A program made the translations under genes and the position numbers. Source: the human T2T-CHM13v2.0 reference genome, Homo sapiens. From it: a stretch of 64,000 nt of DNA. Shown in pieces: positions 46,637 to 61,096 of this stretch (position 1 is the first letter of the stretch; every line of letters begins with the position of its first letter). Location: assembly GCF_009914755.1 (NCBI RefSeq), contig NC_060932.1, one strand, 5' to 3'. The notes below the pieces were generated by a model. That model did not search any database and was not told where the DNA came from. It saw nothing but the letters and a program-made list of their open reading frames with translations.

Positions 46637-49396
46637 GAAGACAGGTAGAGTACCAAGACAGGTTCTGTCATGGCTGGAAGTAGAAATAATTTTTTATTTA
46701 AAAGTTTCCATAATTAAAGTAATTTTTCCATGATAGTTAATAGAGCATCTTTGAAAATATTTTTGTTTTTTCAGATTTTAGTTAGAAATTACCATAATCT
46801 TAGGTTCTGTATAGTTATTAAAATTTAAGCTCCCAAACTTGAGATGATTCATAAATCAACATAGATATACACAGGTAAATTCAGAGTAGTTTAAGCATTC
46901 AAGGGAGTTTATCAATGAATATCAAACATAGTTGTGAATAGAAGCCTTTCAAAAGGAAGTTATTTTCAAGAAGGCAACAAGCATTTGAAGCTTTCTTATC
47001 AGGAGGAAGAATAGGTCAGCATATCTGATACTAGTTTTATTTTAGACCCCAAAATATTTTTTTAAGCTTCTGGATCAGTTGCAATCTTATTTGTCATGTT
47101 TTAATTTGAATATTTATTTATTAATTATTTAATTATTACTGTATTCTCATACATTAATATAAATATGTACATATATCGTGTACACGTATATATGTATTCA
47201 AAAAGCAACATGTATGTGTTGCTTGATGGTGTTTATACCACTCTTCCATCACCTAGTAGCAAAGTAGTCAAAGCACAGGAATAATGTGTCTAACGGATGA
47301 GAATCAAGATTTAGAGTTTCTGAAACTGGAAATTTAAAGTTCGCCATCCTTTTAAATAAAAGTAGAGGAATTTCCTGGATGTAAGACAGTACAATGAGAG
47401 AAATAAGAAGGGAAAGATTTACTATTTCCTTAATAGAGCACCACCTCAGAGCTCCTCCACTTGTATTATCTGGTTTGTTCCTCTACCTATTCTAAGAAGT
47501 ATAGCATAGAAGACAAAGAAGAAAAAGAGGCTCTAAGAGATACCAATGTTTGGCCCGAAATATGTTATATCAAACACATCCTTCTAAAACCAAACTCAAA
47601 AATACAATCTGTAAAAGACACAGGCATTGGTATGTATCTGTATCCGTATCTAAATCTAAAATTATATTTTATTCACATCTGGAATGGAAACATGCTGAAC
47701 TAACAAATAATTATACCAATTCTTCTTCCCCAATGCCAATATTCTGTTAATTTCTGTCTCTGATAGATGTGATGATGGGAACTAGTAATTCAGATAAATG
47801 GAAGTTATAACTTGGTAAGAATGAAGAAAAATGATGACTAAATTTAAGAGGCAATTATGACTGACTTATTGCCAATTTTAAATTTATTTTTTAATAAAGA
47901 AAATTTCAGAAATTATATTTATACTAAAGGAAATGATTTATTTCCTAAAGTCTTCTTAAGAATTAGCTAAAATGGTGTAAAGTATTCTGAAATTCAATAA
48001 GAACTCCATTAAAACTGTTATGAAATCTACTGCTACTATGTTGTGCCAAGACAATTGTATTGAATTTAGGTTTCTTTGATTTATTGCAAGAGCTGTAAGG
48101 TAACCAAAAATGTTTAAATTAACAGCTCTGCATTTTGGGTTAAAACCAAAAGATGCATTAAAAATGTAACTGGCCTTCTATTTTAAGAGTCATAAAAATA
48201 GCATCAGCAAAAAAGTGCAATGTATAATTATACTCTTCCCAGCATGTTTACATTCTTGTTCTCATTGTCCTGCTTTTGAAAACAAATCTGGGCACCACAT
48301 ATTAAAGTATTTAATTGTTAGGCAAGCATTTAGAAAACATCCAACATAACAAAAATAATTGTTTTAACATCTGTTTCTTTTTCAGTGAAGTCCCAAATTT
48401 CTTAATCTGTAAAATATCATAAGCTGCTCATATTGAATTTATATTATCTTTTAATGATGTTACTGTTTAATAATCATTCTTTTAAAATCATGTCTTATTT
48501 TGAATACTAAGAGGAGAAGTCTGCTTTAGGTCTTGAAATCTTATTAGTCCATATTTCAAACCCTACCTCCTTCCTAAATGTTCTCTGTTTTTTTCTATCC
48601 ACGCTAATCTTCCTCTGTTCTGAATTCTTATATCATTTTTCCTCTTTGCATAGTCTCATTTACTCTTCACTTTTGTATGGGGGTATACCAACTACACTTT
48701 AACATCCTTGAGGATAATAATTGTATTCTTTTATATCCCTCAGTACAGTGTTAGATATATAGCAAGTGTTCCAAAAATATTTGTTTATTCACCTTTGGCT
48801 TTCAGTAACAGAAGTTTCTCCTGGTACCTCAGTTATTGATATGTGGTGTTCAGAATATCTAACAAGGAATTAGATGCCCCTGTAGTCATATCTCACAGCC
48901 AACCCTGTCTAAGCAATTGCTAAGAGAATCTACATGGTAAAAGGGAAGTTGAGGAGCTCTGGGATTATCCTTGGTTGTCATAGGTGAAGTATCTTGTTCT
49001 CATGGAGGCCCTGCCAGGACCCCTTTATTTCTGCACTTGACTGTTGCATTATTGTCAGATACATATCTAAAACTTGTGATCTAAGATATTTTACAGTGTA
49101 GTGACTGAGAAGCAGTTTTTTTTATAGCAGCTTCTGTTGTTAAAGGTGATCATAACATCTAAAACATGTCAATGTTTGAGGAATATGATAGGCCAAATAT
49201 GACCAAAAGAACCAAAAGGAGAGGAATTTAGAGGAAAATTTTGAGGAGAAAAGAGATAGAGCACATTCTTTCTTAAACTTTAAAAAAATTGAATGAAAAG
49301 AAGGTCTAGATAAAGAGATATCTATAAATCTATACAATACCAATACTATTCCTTAAGCACTGCCTTCCTTAGCTTTGATTTTCATAACCCTTTTAA

Positions 49397-50883
49397 GAAA
49401 CCAAAAAAGAGTTCACATAAACAAGACAATGCTAAGAGAAAAGAACAAAGCTGGAGGCATCATGCTACCTGACTTCAAACTATTCTACACGGCTACAGTA
49501 AGCAAAACAGCATGGTGTTGGCATAAGAACAGACACACAGACCAATGGAACAGAATCAAGATCTCAGAAATAAGACTGCACATCTACAACCATTTGATCT
49601 TCAACAAACCTGATGAAAACAAACAATGGGGAAAGGATTCTCTATTTAATAAATGGTGCTGGGAAAACTGGCTAGCCATATGCAGAAAATTGAAACTGGA
49701 CCCCTTCCTTATACCCCATATAAATATTAACTCAAGATGGATTAAAGACTTAAATGTAAAACCCAAAACTATAAAAATCCTAGAAGAAAATCTAGACAGT
49801 ACCATTCAGGACATAGGCATGGGCAATTATTTCATGATGAAAATGTCAAAAGCATTGCAACAAAAGCAAACATTGACAAAATAGATCTAATTAAACGAAA
49901 GAGCTTCTGCACAGCAAAAGAAACTACCATCTGAGTGAACAGAAAACCTACAGAATGGGAGAAAATTTTTGCTATTTAGGACAAAGGAGTGATATCCACA
50001 ATCTACAAGGAACTTAAACAAATTTACAAGAAAATAAAACCCCATTAAAAATTGGGCAAAGGACAGGAACAGACACTTCAAAAGAAAACATTTATGTGGC
50101 TAACAAACATATGAAAAAAGCTCAACATCACTGATCATTAGAGAAATGCAAATCAAAACCACAATGAGATACCATTTCATGCCAGTTAGAATGCTGATTA
50201 TTAAAAAGTCAAGAAACAACAGATGCTGGCGAGGCTGTGAGAAAGAGAAACACTTTTACACTGTTGGTGGGAGTGTAAATTAGTTCAACCATTGTGGAAG
50301 ACAGTGTGGCGATTCCTCAAAGACCTAGAACCAGAAATACCATTTGACTCAGCAATCCCATTATTGGGTATATACCCAAAGGAATATAAATCATTCTATT
50401 ATGAAGATACATGCGTGTGTATGTTCATTGAAGCACTATTCACAATAGCAAAGACATGAAATCAACCCAAATAGCCATCAATGATAGACTGAATAAAGAA
50501 AATGTGGTATGTATATACCATAGAATACTATGCAGCCATAAAAAGAAAAGACCATGTCCTTTGCAGGGACATGGATGGAGATGGAAGCCATTATCCTCAG
50601 CAAACTAACACAGGAACAGAAAACCAAACACTGCATGTTCTGTCTTATAAGTGGGAGGTGAACAATGAGAACACATGGACACAGGGACAGGCCTGTCGGT
50701 GGTTTGGAGGGAGAGATCATCAGGATCAATAGCTAATGCATGTGGGGCTTAATGCCTAGGTGATGCATTGATAGGTGCAGCAAACCACCATGGCATGCAT
50801 TTATCTGTGTAACAAACCTGCATGTCCTGCAGATGTATCCCAGAACTTAAAATTAAATTAAATTTAAAAAAGTATTTAAAAAA
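49397..50883 (+). mobile_element. L1PA (PA8-PA11-like), 5'-truncated, about 1.5 kb
   Basis: ORF 49375..49884 is the ORF2p C-terminal region ([14 protein letters not shown]...[16 protein letters not shown]); L1PA 3' UTR and A-rich tail. Confidence 0.96.
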
Positions 50884-51448
50884 AGGAAACAGTTTGCAGG
50901 GAACATCTTACTTCTTGTTATATTCAGTTGACTTAATTTTACAGATACAATTTTGATATATTTATCATGTACACAAAAAGCTAAGCAATATAGTATTTCT
51001 AAATTCTACACCTAGAAGTATACTCTATGGGTTTCCATTAGTCACCAGTTCCTTTTGAAAAGGAGCAGCAAATACATCTTAATGACTCAATCTGATAATG
51101 GAGTTTAAAGACTTCTTCATTTTATGATGGCTGTCCTTTTCTCAAGATTATCTTCTCCAGCTCAATGGCAAGTAAAAAGGCCTTTATTTGCTCCTTGCAA
51201 AACAGTACTTTCAATTGGGTTAGTGTGCCCTATTTCATCTTTGTAAAATCTTGGGAATATTATATTAAGGAAGTTCATCATTTTCCCTGATAGCACAGTT
51301 CCCGAACTTGACGAATAACCTATTGACTTGAGAAATGCATTGCTTTTCCAGATAATCTAAACTCATGAAACAATCAGAAAATTTCCTTTAAATTATGTTC
51401 CATAGTGATATAACCTCTTCCATTCTGTGCAAGCATGTGTGGAGTTTT

Positions 51449-51462
51449 GTTTCCATGGTTAC
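51449..51462. promoter_or_regulatory. Candidate RFX X-box
   Basis: GTTTCCATGGTTAC, a near-palindromic X-box match; motif evidence only. Confidence 0.3.
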
Positions 51463-52202
51463 TTGTTACTAGTCCTAAGCTATTTGTGGGTCTGTGCTGG
51501 GCTGGACCAGAGATCAACGAGCCTAGAGTGTCATTATAATGAAGCAGAAACTGAAAAGAATGCTTTACTTGATGGCTGTGCAACAGTTTAAAATACACAC
51601 AAAATTAAATTTACAATTGTAAAAAAAATTAATAACATAGGATAGTTTTCCCATAAGACTAACTGCTTGTTTAATATTGCCATAGAAACAAAGAAGAAGA
51701 AAAAAATGGAAAGTATAACTATACTGATTATTTCTATATCTACCTATCTTTATTTTCTTTATGTGACTAAAAGAATATATTCATCCAGAAAGCTGAATTT
51801 TTCCAAAAATATGAAATAGTTTAAGAACGAAATTATAATTGATCTGTTTGTGTGTGTGTGTTGAAAAAAAATTTGAGTTTACTAGGGTGTAGTAAATATT
51901 TTGACCTAAGGTAAACAAAACAAAATAATTTTACCTCCAGGTAAAATGTTTAGTAACACAACTTCTATTAAAAAAAAAAAGTCAGCTAGGCACATAAGGA
52001 AAAAGAAGATCTTCAATGATACAGACAAAAGGAAGAAGAAAAAACAACACATTATCTATAAAAGAAGTACTCTAGCCTCAAAATTCTCTGTAACATTAAC
52101 TGCCAGAAGTCAGAGGGGATGTTTATGAAACTTGAGATAATTTTTTGTCCAAATAAATTTTCTTAGAAATAGAACAAGTGCTCGAAAATACAAAAATTAC
52201 AC

Positions 52203-52555
52203 TGTATTAGTCTGTTTTCTTGCTGCTGATAAAGACATATCCGAGACTGGGAAGAAAAAGAGGTTTAATTGGACTTACAGTTCTACATGGCTGAGGAGGT
52301 CTCAGAATCATGGCAGGAGGTGAAAGGCACTTCTTACATGGCAGTGGCAAGAGAAAATGAGGAAGAAGCAAAAGTGGAAACCCCTGATAAACCCATCAGA
52401 TCTCGTGAAACTTATTCACTGTCACAAGAATAGCACGAAAAAGACTGGCCCCCATGATTCAATTACCTCCCACTGGGTCCCTCCCAGAACACATGGGAAT
52501 TTGGGAGATACAATTCAAGTTGAGATTTGGGTGGGGACACACCCAAACCATATCA
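52203..52555 (-). mobile_element. THE1C-like solo LTR
   Basis: tgtattagtc...aaaccatatca; flanks do not form a TSD. Confidence 0.93.
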
Positions 52556-52702
52556 AGTAATGTACAGATTACTTTGAAAACTTGAAACAAGATGTTTGTC
52601 CAGTTGGGCCAATTGTATCTGATAAAGAGATTACTTTGAATTTTCTCAACAATGTAGTGAAGTGATTTAGTGGTTTAACAGTCTTGTATTTCATGGACCG
52701 AG

Positions 52703-52727
<25 letters not shown>
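52703..52727. repeat. T25 homopolymer
   Basis: Direct read. Confidence 0.9.
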
Positions 52728-52733
<6 letters not shown>

Positions 52734-52899
52734 GATGAAATTGTGTTAACATTGATGGTCTTCAGAATTATCTAGGTCACATTGATACACTGGCCTCAAT
52801 TCAAATTAACCAGAGTAATAAAATAATATTTTTAAAACTTCTTAAAAGTAACCAATAATAAAAATAACACCATTGTGATCTTTGAATGTATAATTACAG

Positions 52900-53830
52900 C
52901 AGGATAAATATATTTATGTTTGTTTAATGAGATTATATACCTTTCAAAATATTAAAAAATTTTGCAAAAAGAGTAAATGCTTAAAGTATGAACTATGTTG
53001 ATAAAAAAGGACTCTCAGCTTGAGTAAAAGTAGCTACATCCTAATATGTGATGTTTACAGGAAACATACATAAAATAACAACAACAGTAAATATACTTTA
53101 ATGGACAAATGTTGAAATGGCAAACACAAATTTGAAAAAAAAATCAATACTTATTTAAGACAAAGTAAAAGTCCTGGAAGGGCAAACAAGTAAATTTTAA
53201 TAGAAAAAAGAAACAGTCCTTGAATAATAAAATTGTATTCCTTATATAGTAAATAGTGCAGAATGAAAATTTATAAACGAAAGTTTTGGGAACATGAGAA
53301 TATATAAGCAAAAAGACAATTTTAATATATCAACAATTCAGCCTTTATTAGAATAATCAGAAAAAATTACATGTAGATTTTCAGAATTATAAATAATCTA
53401 CTATAAGTTTTAGTTATTGGGGAAACATGATTGCATGCTCATTCACCAGTATCTCAAGCAAATTCTATAAATAGAGAAAGCAAAATTATATGGGAAATAT
53501 CGTATTATTTGATTGCAGTGCAGATGTAATACAACAACAACAAATTACAACCATTATTTTATTAAGTTAAGAACTATATAAACTGTTCCCAAATAACTTT
53601 TGAGTCAAAATAGAAATTACAACATTTAAAAACATCATTAAAAACAATGAGAACACCATTAAGTTTTCATTAATTAGCACATAAAATTAAAGGCAAATTA
53701 ACTAATCAGTAGTTTGAGAATTCAGTATCAGGCAAATTAAAAATAAAATTAAACCAAGCCAGAGAAAGAGAATGAAAACGATACACAAGGAAAATTATGA
53801 TTGTAAAATAGATAAATGGGGGATTAATTT
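52900..53830 (+). mobile_element. Old L1M ORF2 5' fragments
   Basis: A-rich; ctacatcctaatatgtgatgtttacaggaaacatac; ccaaataacttttgagtcaaaatagaaatt. Confidence 0.55.
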
Positions 53831-53917
53831 TTTGTAAATATTTTTCCATGAATATTACGTCAAATATTTGCCAACTACATACCATGGATCATGCAAATTA
53901 GTCCTCACATCCACCCT

Positions 53918-54468
53918 TGTTGGGAAAAGGGCTTGTGGGGTTCCTGTATAAACTGGCCATAAAAATATGGGACAATAAGTTGTGGAAAGCCACAAGAGGC
54001 CTGAGGAGGAAGGCCTTCTTACTGCCATTATGTTCCCATGCTCTCAGTGAGACTTGTTCTCTTATCCATAAACACTGTGTTCAAGGAGAAAGACACTCTT
54101 TTGAAGCACTGAAATGTGGCCAGACATGCAGGCTCCTAGTTAAGCCCGCTCCCACTAGCTACTCTCCGATAAGTTAAAGATAAGCTGTTTGAGCACAAAG
54201 GAGATTCATTTAAACCGCTATTGCTATAGAGTACGCCTATGATGCACTGCCTCCCTTTCACTCTTTCGCCCTGAACGTCTGCTTCTTAGATCTAAGTGAT
54301 TGTACTCAATAAATAGTGTAGAGACCAGAACGCTGGGCATTTGCAGCCTCTGATTTGTTCTGGCCCCCTGGCCCCACCTTTATGAACTCTAAACCTGTCT
54401 CTTCTCATTCCTTTGTCGCCACTGGACTTCGGGTACCCTACGGGTGGTGTTGAGGCTGGTCCCCAACA
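53918..54468 (+). mobile_element. ERVK solo LTR, LTR14-like (HML-10 / HERV-K(C4) group), 551 bp, inserted in a MIR
   Basis: Terminal inverted repeat tgttggg...cccaaca, aataaa near 54308; MIR text (gtcctcacatccaccct | atggggcagttactattatgctactttgtagatgagg) continues across it. Confidence 0.8.
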
Positions 54469-54614
54469 GCCGCCATGGGGCAGTTACTATTATGCTACTT
54501 TGTAGATGAGGAATCAAAACCTTGGAGAAATTATACTTTTGTAAGGCTACACAGTTTACAGAGAGTGAAGTTGTAATTTGATCATTGTTCTCTCTGACTA
54601 CAAAGTTCATTCCT

Positions 54615-55073
54615 CAAACCACAAACTTGATTTCAACACAGATGTTGTTTACTTTTATTGTTCAGGAGGTCAGAAGTCTAAAATGTGCCTCATTGAGCTA
54701 AAATCAAGGTGTTGGCAATGCTGTCTTTCTCTCAGAGGCTCTCTGGGACAATTCATTTCCTTTCCTTTTCTGGTTTCTAGTGGCCTATGCATTCCTTGGC
54801 ATCTGGTCCCGTTTCTGTCTTTAAAGCCAGCAATGACCAGTCTTCTTCACATAACATTGTTTTGATAGTGTTCTGCCTGTCTCATCTCCTTATAAGGACT
54901 CTTCTAATTACATTGGGTACACATAGATAATCTGATATCATTTCCCTACTTTAAAGTCAATTGATAAGCAACGTAAATTCTATCTGCAATTCTATCGGAT
55001 TTCCTCTTGCCGTGTTAACATATTCACAGGTTCTAAAGATTAGGATGTAGATATCTTAGAAGGGCCTACCACA
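54615..55073 (-). mobile_element. MLT1 solo LTR
   Basis: ggaggtcagaagtctaaaat...gagctaaaatcaaggtgttggca...cacaggttctaaagattaggatgtag...cctaccaca. Confidence 0.8.
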
Positions 55074-55739
55074 ACAAGCATGCTATATTGCTTTTCCACA
55101 TATTGACCCTTCAAATGTGAAATATGCAATTAATTGTGATGTGAAAAAATATAGAAATTAGAAATGAAAATTTCTAAATTAGTAAATTAAAATTTCTAAA
55201 TGAATAAGAAAGTGTTATATGAGTAAGGTTCTTGGTTACATAAAGCAGAAGATACTCTAGCCTGTATAGGTAGAAAAGGATTTAGTAAGGGATAGATCTT
55301 ACAGAATCTTTGGGAGGGTTATAGTCATACAGCCAAACAGAATTGTCCCAGAGAAGCTGCTTCATCTCAGTGACGTAGAAGCTGCCTGCAGTTATGCTGC
55401 CTCTAGACCATTCGACCCTGCTTTTCTTTCTTCTAGTAAGATGGGGTCTCCATGCCTTGCCTGGGTTATCATGCTTCTAAACCCTAGCTGGGTTACAACT
55501 TCTGAACACAAAAATAGTGTGTTTAGTTTGATTACGAAAGGTGAAATATATTATCTGCACCACAGTGATACAGATGTGAATAAACTTAGTGATCATATTT
55601 ATTTGTTTGGTTTTAGAAAGTGAGATCATTTGTGGAGATTATCGCACTGTGGGAAAGATTTGATATATTTTAGGCAGTCACAAAAGAAAAAAGTGTGTAA
55701 AAGAAATATGAAAATAAGTGCATTTTATTAAAATCTTAT

Positions 55740-56330
55740 TAATTTAAGAATTTGGGGAAAATTAATGAATCATCAAGAACTTATTAAAGTAGACTAGAGT
55801 CATTATGAAAAACCTGAGAAAGTTAAACGTGAATGCTGCCTTCTTCCCAAAGAGAGTAAATGCAGGTTATTTTATAGATTTTCTTTTAAATAGCTAAGGA
55901 GCAATTTTCAGCCTATGTAACTGTTTCCAGAACACAGAGGAAAAAGAAAAGCTACCCAGTAATGCTAATAACAAACTTAACAGAGAGAGCATATAAAGAA
56001 AATATCAATCTTAATTGTGAATACAAATGCCAAAATAGCAAGTAAATTATCAGCAAATGATATCCAGCTGTAAAGTACTTAATCCATCATGGCCAGGGGG
56101 ATTTACTTCATGAATGCAAGAATGGATCAATACTAAGAAATCTATTAATCAAGTCCTTCACATTAACAACTCTAAATGGAAATATATTTAACTATCCCTA
56201 TGTGAAATTTCATTGAATGTAATAATCATTTCTGGCTCAAAGTAAGAAACTAGAATTTTTGCTTTGACACAATGAAACTATCTATAGCATATATCTCAGA
56301 CTCACAATCTGCATCGCATTTTGTGTTTAA
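55740..56330 (+). mobile_element. Old L1M ORF2 fragment
   Basis: gaatgcaagaatggatcaatactaagaaatctattaat resembles the MQGWFNIRKSIN region. Confidence 0.65.
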
Positions 56331-56964
56331 TCTTAATTTGATTGGTTAGCTAGTTCATTAAGAACAAATTAATAGCTACATATATTCTAAAACAGAGGCA
56401 ACATTTTCATTATTATAGACAGTTACTTATGTCTCTCTGGGCAATAGAATTGCCAGAAAAACTAAAAGACATGCAGCATACAGAGAGATGAGTATGTCTT
56501 TGGGCTCTGACATGTAATGGAGCCATTTAGTGCCTTGCACAATTGTTTACTCTTGGACAATAGCTTAACTTCACCAAGTCTCACTTTGTATAGATTAAAG
56601 TGGGATGCTACTTGTGTCTATCCTTCATGTTGATAGGATCAAAACAGATTACACACGTCGAGTACTAAGCATGAAGCTAACACAGTGTGAGTGCTGGTGC
56701 TGCTGTTCTTTATTATTTCTATTATTTTTAGGGCACATTGCATAATAGTTAAAGTAGGTATAAAAATCAGTAGATTCCTTATATACCAATAACATACAGT
56801 CTGAATTTTAAAAAATCAAATTCAACTTTCTTGTTTTATTCATAAACACATAAAAATATAATCATTACTTCAATCATCAGAAAAGAAACCCATAAATTCT
56901 ATATTAACACATATAAGAAACAAACTAAAATAAAACATAAAATAAGAACAAAAATACATCTTGA

Positions 56965-57200
56965 TTTTTTTGTTTGTTTGTTTGTTTTGTTTTTGAGACG
57001 GAGTCTTGCTCTGTCACCCAGGCTGGAGTGCAGTGGCGCAATCTGGGCTCACTGCAACCTCCGCCCCACGGGTTCAAGTGATTCTTCTGCCTCACCCCCC
57101 AAGTAGCTGGGACTACAGGTGCATGCCACCACACCTGGCTAATTTTTATATTTTTAGTATAGATGGGGTTCCACCATATTGGCCAGGCTGGTCTCGAACC
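56965..57200 (-). mobile_element. AluS, 5'-truncated
   Basis: Right arm plus part of the left arm; homology stops after ggtctcgaac. Confidence 0.93.
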
Positions 57201-58199
57201 TTGATACCTTGATTTACAGTTTGATTGGCTTGAAGTTGAAAGACTTAATTGACTAAAACAACTTTTTTTTTTTTTGCCCACAAGTTTTTACTTAACATTG
57301 GCAATTTTGTGGAAGAGTAGGTGGTGACTATTTGACTTCAGATGATTATTCTAAGTAAATCTGTATTGGCACCATAACTAGCATCATTGTTGAAAAATTA
57401 AGGAGTCACATATAATCTCTGGGACCTCTGAGTTCATTCAGTTGATCCTCCGAGGCTAGGATGTCCTGTACATCTCTCTAATACAAATCAATTTTGTTTT
57501 GTGATTTCATACAAGTGAACAATATATAAACATATTAGAAGGCAGTCCAATACAAATCTTCCTGCTATTTATTCTGTCATTTTTCTTTAATTTCATGCAT
57601 ATATTATTACTTCATAGATATCTTCATTAAGATTTTGAAATTGATTCTATCTTTCTGATTCAATTGTCTCAATATGAATAAAAATGACTTCTAATTCACT
57701 TATCTATTCAGTACTTCATTTAGATAACGCATCTTTACTGAGTGCCTACTCTATGTCTGGCACTGTACTAGATGCTTAGAATACATTAGTGATCAAAAAT
57801 GACTTTATGTGGCTTATATTCTAATAGCAATTTTCTTCTATTGCTGATATGTAATTCCTGGGGCTTTTGTGGATTAGAAAAATAAATTATGGTATATCTG
57901 ACAATCTCTCATTAAAAGAAGTCATTATTACTTTGCCAGTAGAGGTCACATTTGAATATTTTTAATATCTTTCCCGTATTTCTTATCACACTAAACTGTC
58001 CCTGTGCAACAGACGATAATAATAAAAAAATGTGCATAACCTGTGTCAGATTCAATTTAGAAGATTAACCATAGATATTCATCTCCTAGATCATTTTCAA
58101 AAATCATAACAATAGTTGTGATTATCCTACCATACCGTATAATAATATGCTTTGACTCATGACAGCATTTAAATTTTCTCTTCATTATAGCAAAGTGAA

Positions 58200-59150
58200 T
58201 ATTCAATTCAATTCAATGAATACTTTTGAACAGGTACGATTGTGTTAGGTCTTATTTGGCTTTGAGAGATATTTATCTAGAAACTCTTTTCTCAGAGACC
58301 TTACAGTTTCCTGGGTGAAATTATCCAAAACTAATTAACTTTAATTTAAACGAAGGAACATAGGTGAAGAAAAAACAAAGAAAAAAAAGCAAAACAAATA
58401 AGGGCTAAGAATATAGTCATGAACTTCTTCCTTAAAAAAAAAAAGGCAAATTAAATGAATAAGCAGATAGAGAAGAAAGGAAGAAAGACAAGTCCAGTAT
58501 GAGGGAACCGGATAACTTAAGTCACAGAGGTACCTGATTGAAATATATATTTGAAAATTGAAAAGTGTGGAGAATTTCGAAGTGGCTGAAAAGCAGAGTA
58601 AATGGAAACCATTGCAATAGATGAATCTGGCTGCATTAATGATGAAAGGCCTTAAACAGTGGGTAAAGTAAGCATTGTAAACTTTATCCTTTCAGTAATA
58701 GAATATGGTAAAAATTTTTTGAAGGCATGAATAGCAAGACCTAACCTGTTTTTGTTTACTAATGGTTGATATCATGGAGTTAATTTGGGAAAAGGTAGAG
58801 ATCACAGGTATAAGACCCAGTCAGTAGGCAATTACCATGGTTCATTTGAAATGTGATTGGACCTGAACTAGGGTATTGGAAGAAGGAATGGAAAAGAAGG
58901 AGTTGTGTGTCCATTTTTGAAGTAGAACTTACAGATTAGATGTGGATAATAGAAAGAATTGGAAATGACTTCATTATTACCCAGAATAAATTGTGAGGGT
59001 GGGGATACCATTAATCAAGAAAGAGAACACAGGTGAAAAAGGAATTATTAGTGTCAAGAAAACTGTGTTGCTTTTAGCTTTGGTTATGTTTAATTTGTGT
59101 TGTGGGAGGAGTTTAATGTGGAAATGTAAGCTGCCAATAGTATATTCAAA
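58200..59150 (-). mobile_element. L2 fragments
   Basis: caattcaatgaatacttttgaac; ctttatcctttcagtaatag; ggacctgaactagggtattgg. Confidence 0.65.
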
Positions 59151-59610
59151 TGTAGACAGATCTCATATTCAAAATTCTACCTTATATAGACTTAATCTTT
59201 TGAATATCAGTGATATTAGCTAAGCCTTTTGTAATGCTATTTATAATCACAAAATATTTTATGTGTTGGTAAGAATTTAACATGTAACTACTTCCCTCAG
59301 CGTTGGCTGGATTGGAATTGAGTGTTAACATTTCAGTAATTGTTAGAAGGGAGTTAAGATAGAGAGAAAAGATGGGGAAAGGCGGGCAATTAATATTCAA
59401 TCTTTTCCAAAGAGAAAGTTGGATTACTTTTGGTAATTTCACTCAAATTGTGAATCAACAGGAGCACAATTTTTACTGCTTATCTAAACATATCATTAAG
59501 ATCATATTCAATTATTCTAGCATGCCATGTTCAAATACTCAGGGGAGCTGTGTTCACTAAGACAAGTACTCATAGACTTGTTTTATTTGCAAAAGTAGCA
59601 AATTTTAGAT

Positions 59611-59775
59611 CATTGTGTCTCAAACTTTAATTCATACAAATCTTATGCACATTAGTGTTAAAATGCACATTCTGATTTAGCAGGCCTGGAGTAGAACCTG
59701 GTGTTCTGCATTTATGACAAGTGCCAGGTGATGCTGAAGCTACTGTTCTATGCAATGCACTTTGCATAGCAAGGC
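59611..59775. mobile_element. MER5A (hAT-Charlie)
   Basis: gttaaaatgcacattctgatttagcaggcctgg...tctgcattt...caggtgatgctga...cactttgcatagc. Confidence 0.85.
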
Positions 59776-60347
59776 TCTAGTATCAATTTAGGAGGAAAAG
59801 AGATGAATTTGACCTTTAAAATTCCCCCCAAAATGTTTCAACAATCCGTGGAATAAAAGAAAGTGTGAGGCTTTTTGTGTTAAATTATTGAACTCAGTTT
59901 TCATACCTAGTTGGAGTTGATTCAATTTGTGAACACTGGTCATGTTGCTAGAAATGACTGATCACATTGCAGAATGTGAAGTCACAGGTCTTTTTCAATC
60001 TCAGTTACCTGAAAATTGAATTTTGAATTGCGACTAATTCTTAATTTTGGCTCAGCAAAAGATAGCCTTAGGTATCCACAAGTCCCTGGAAGCAGTACTT
60101 CCTGTTCTAATGTTGCTGTGATTTTCAACAACCCTTTTATTTTTTCCTCTTTGCTTTGAAGTTTCTTTGATCTTTTGGCTACTTGAAGAGAATGGGAAAA
60201 ATTTCTAGCCTATCAAGAAAATATCTCTCAGTTACTCCTACTGCAAATAAAAACAAAATTAAAAAATCAAATATAGAATCTTTTCTTTCTCTCTCTCTCT
60301 GGTTGTCTTTGCTGAGTATTTGAGAATGAGTTCAGTCACAAAGTTGT

Positions 60348-61096
<749 letters not shown>

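Noticed and set aside
47461-47703. ORF containing HILLKPN...DTGIGM, reminiscent of the HSP90 ATP-binding motif
   Set aside because: Only about 6 contiguous residues match, spacing to the upstream motif differs, the following residues (YLYPYL) do not match TKADL, and there is no other HSP90-like sequence, poly(A) or TSD. A tBLASTn hit extending beyond the motif would overturn this.
49375-49884. Longest ORF in the window (169 aa)
   Set aside because: A fragment of L1 ORF2p in a 5'-truncated, promoterless L1PA.
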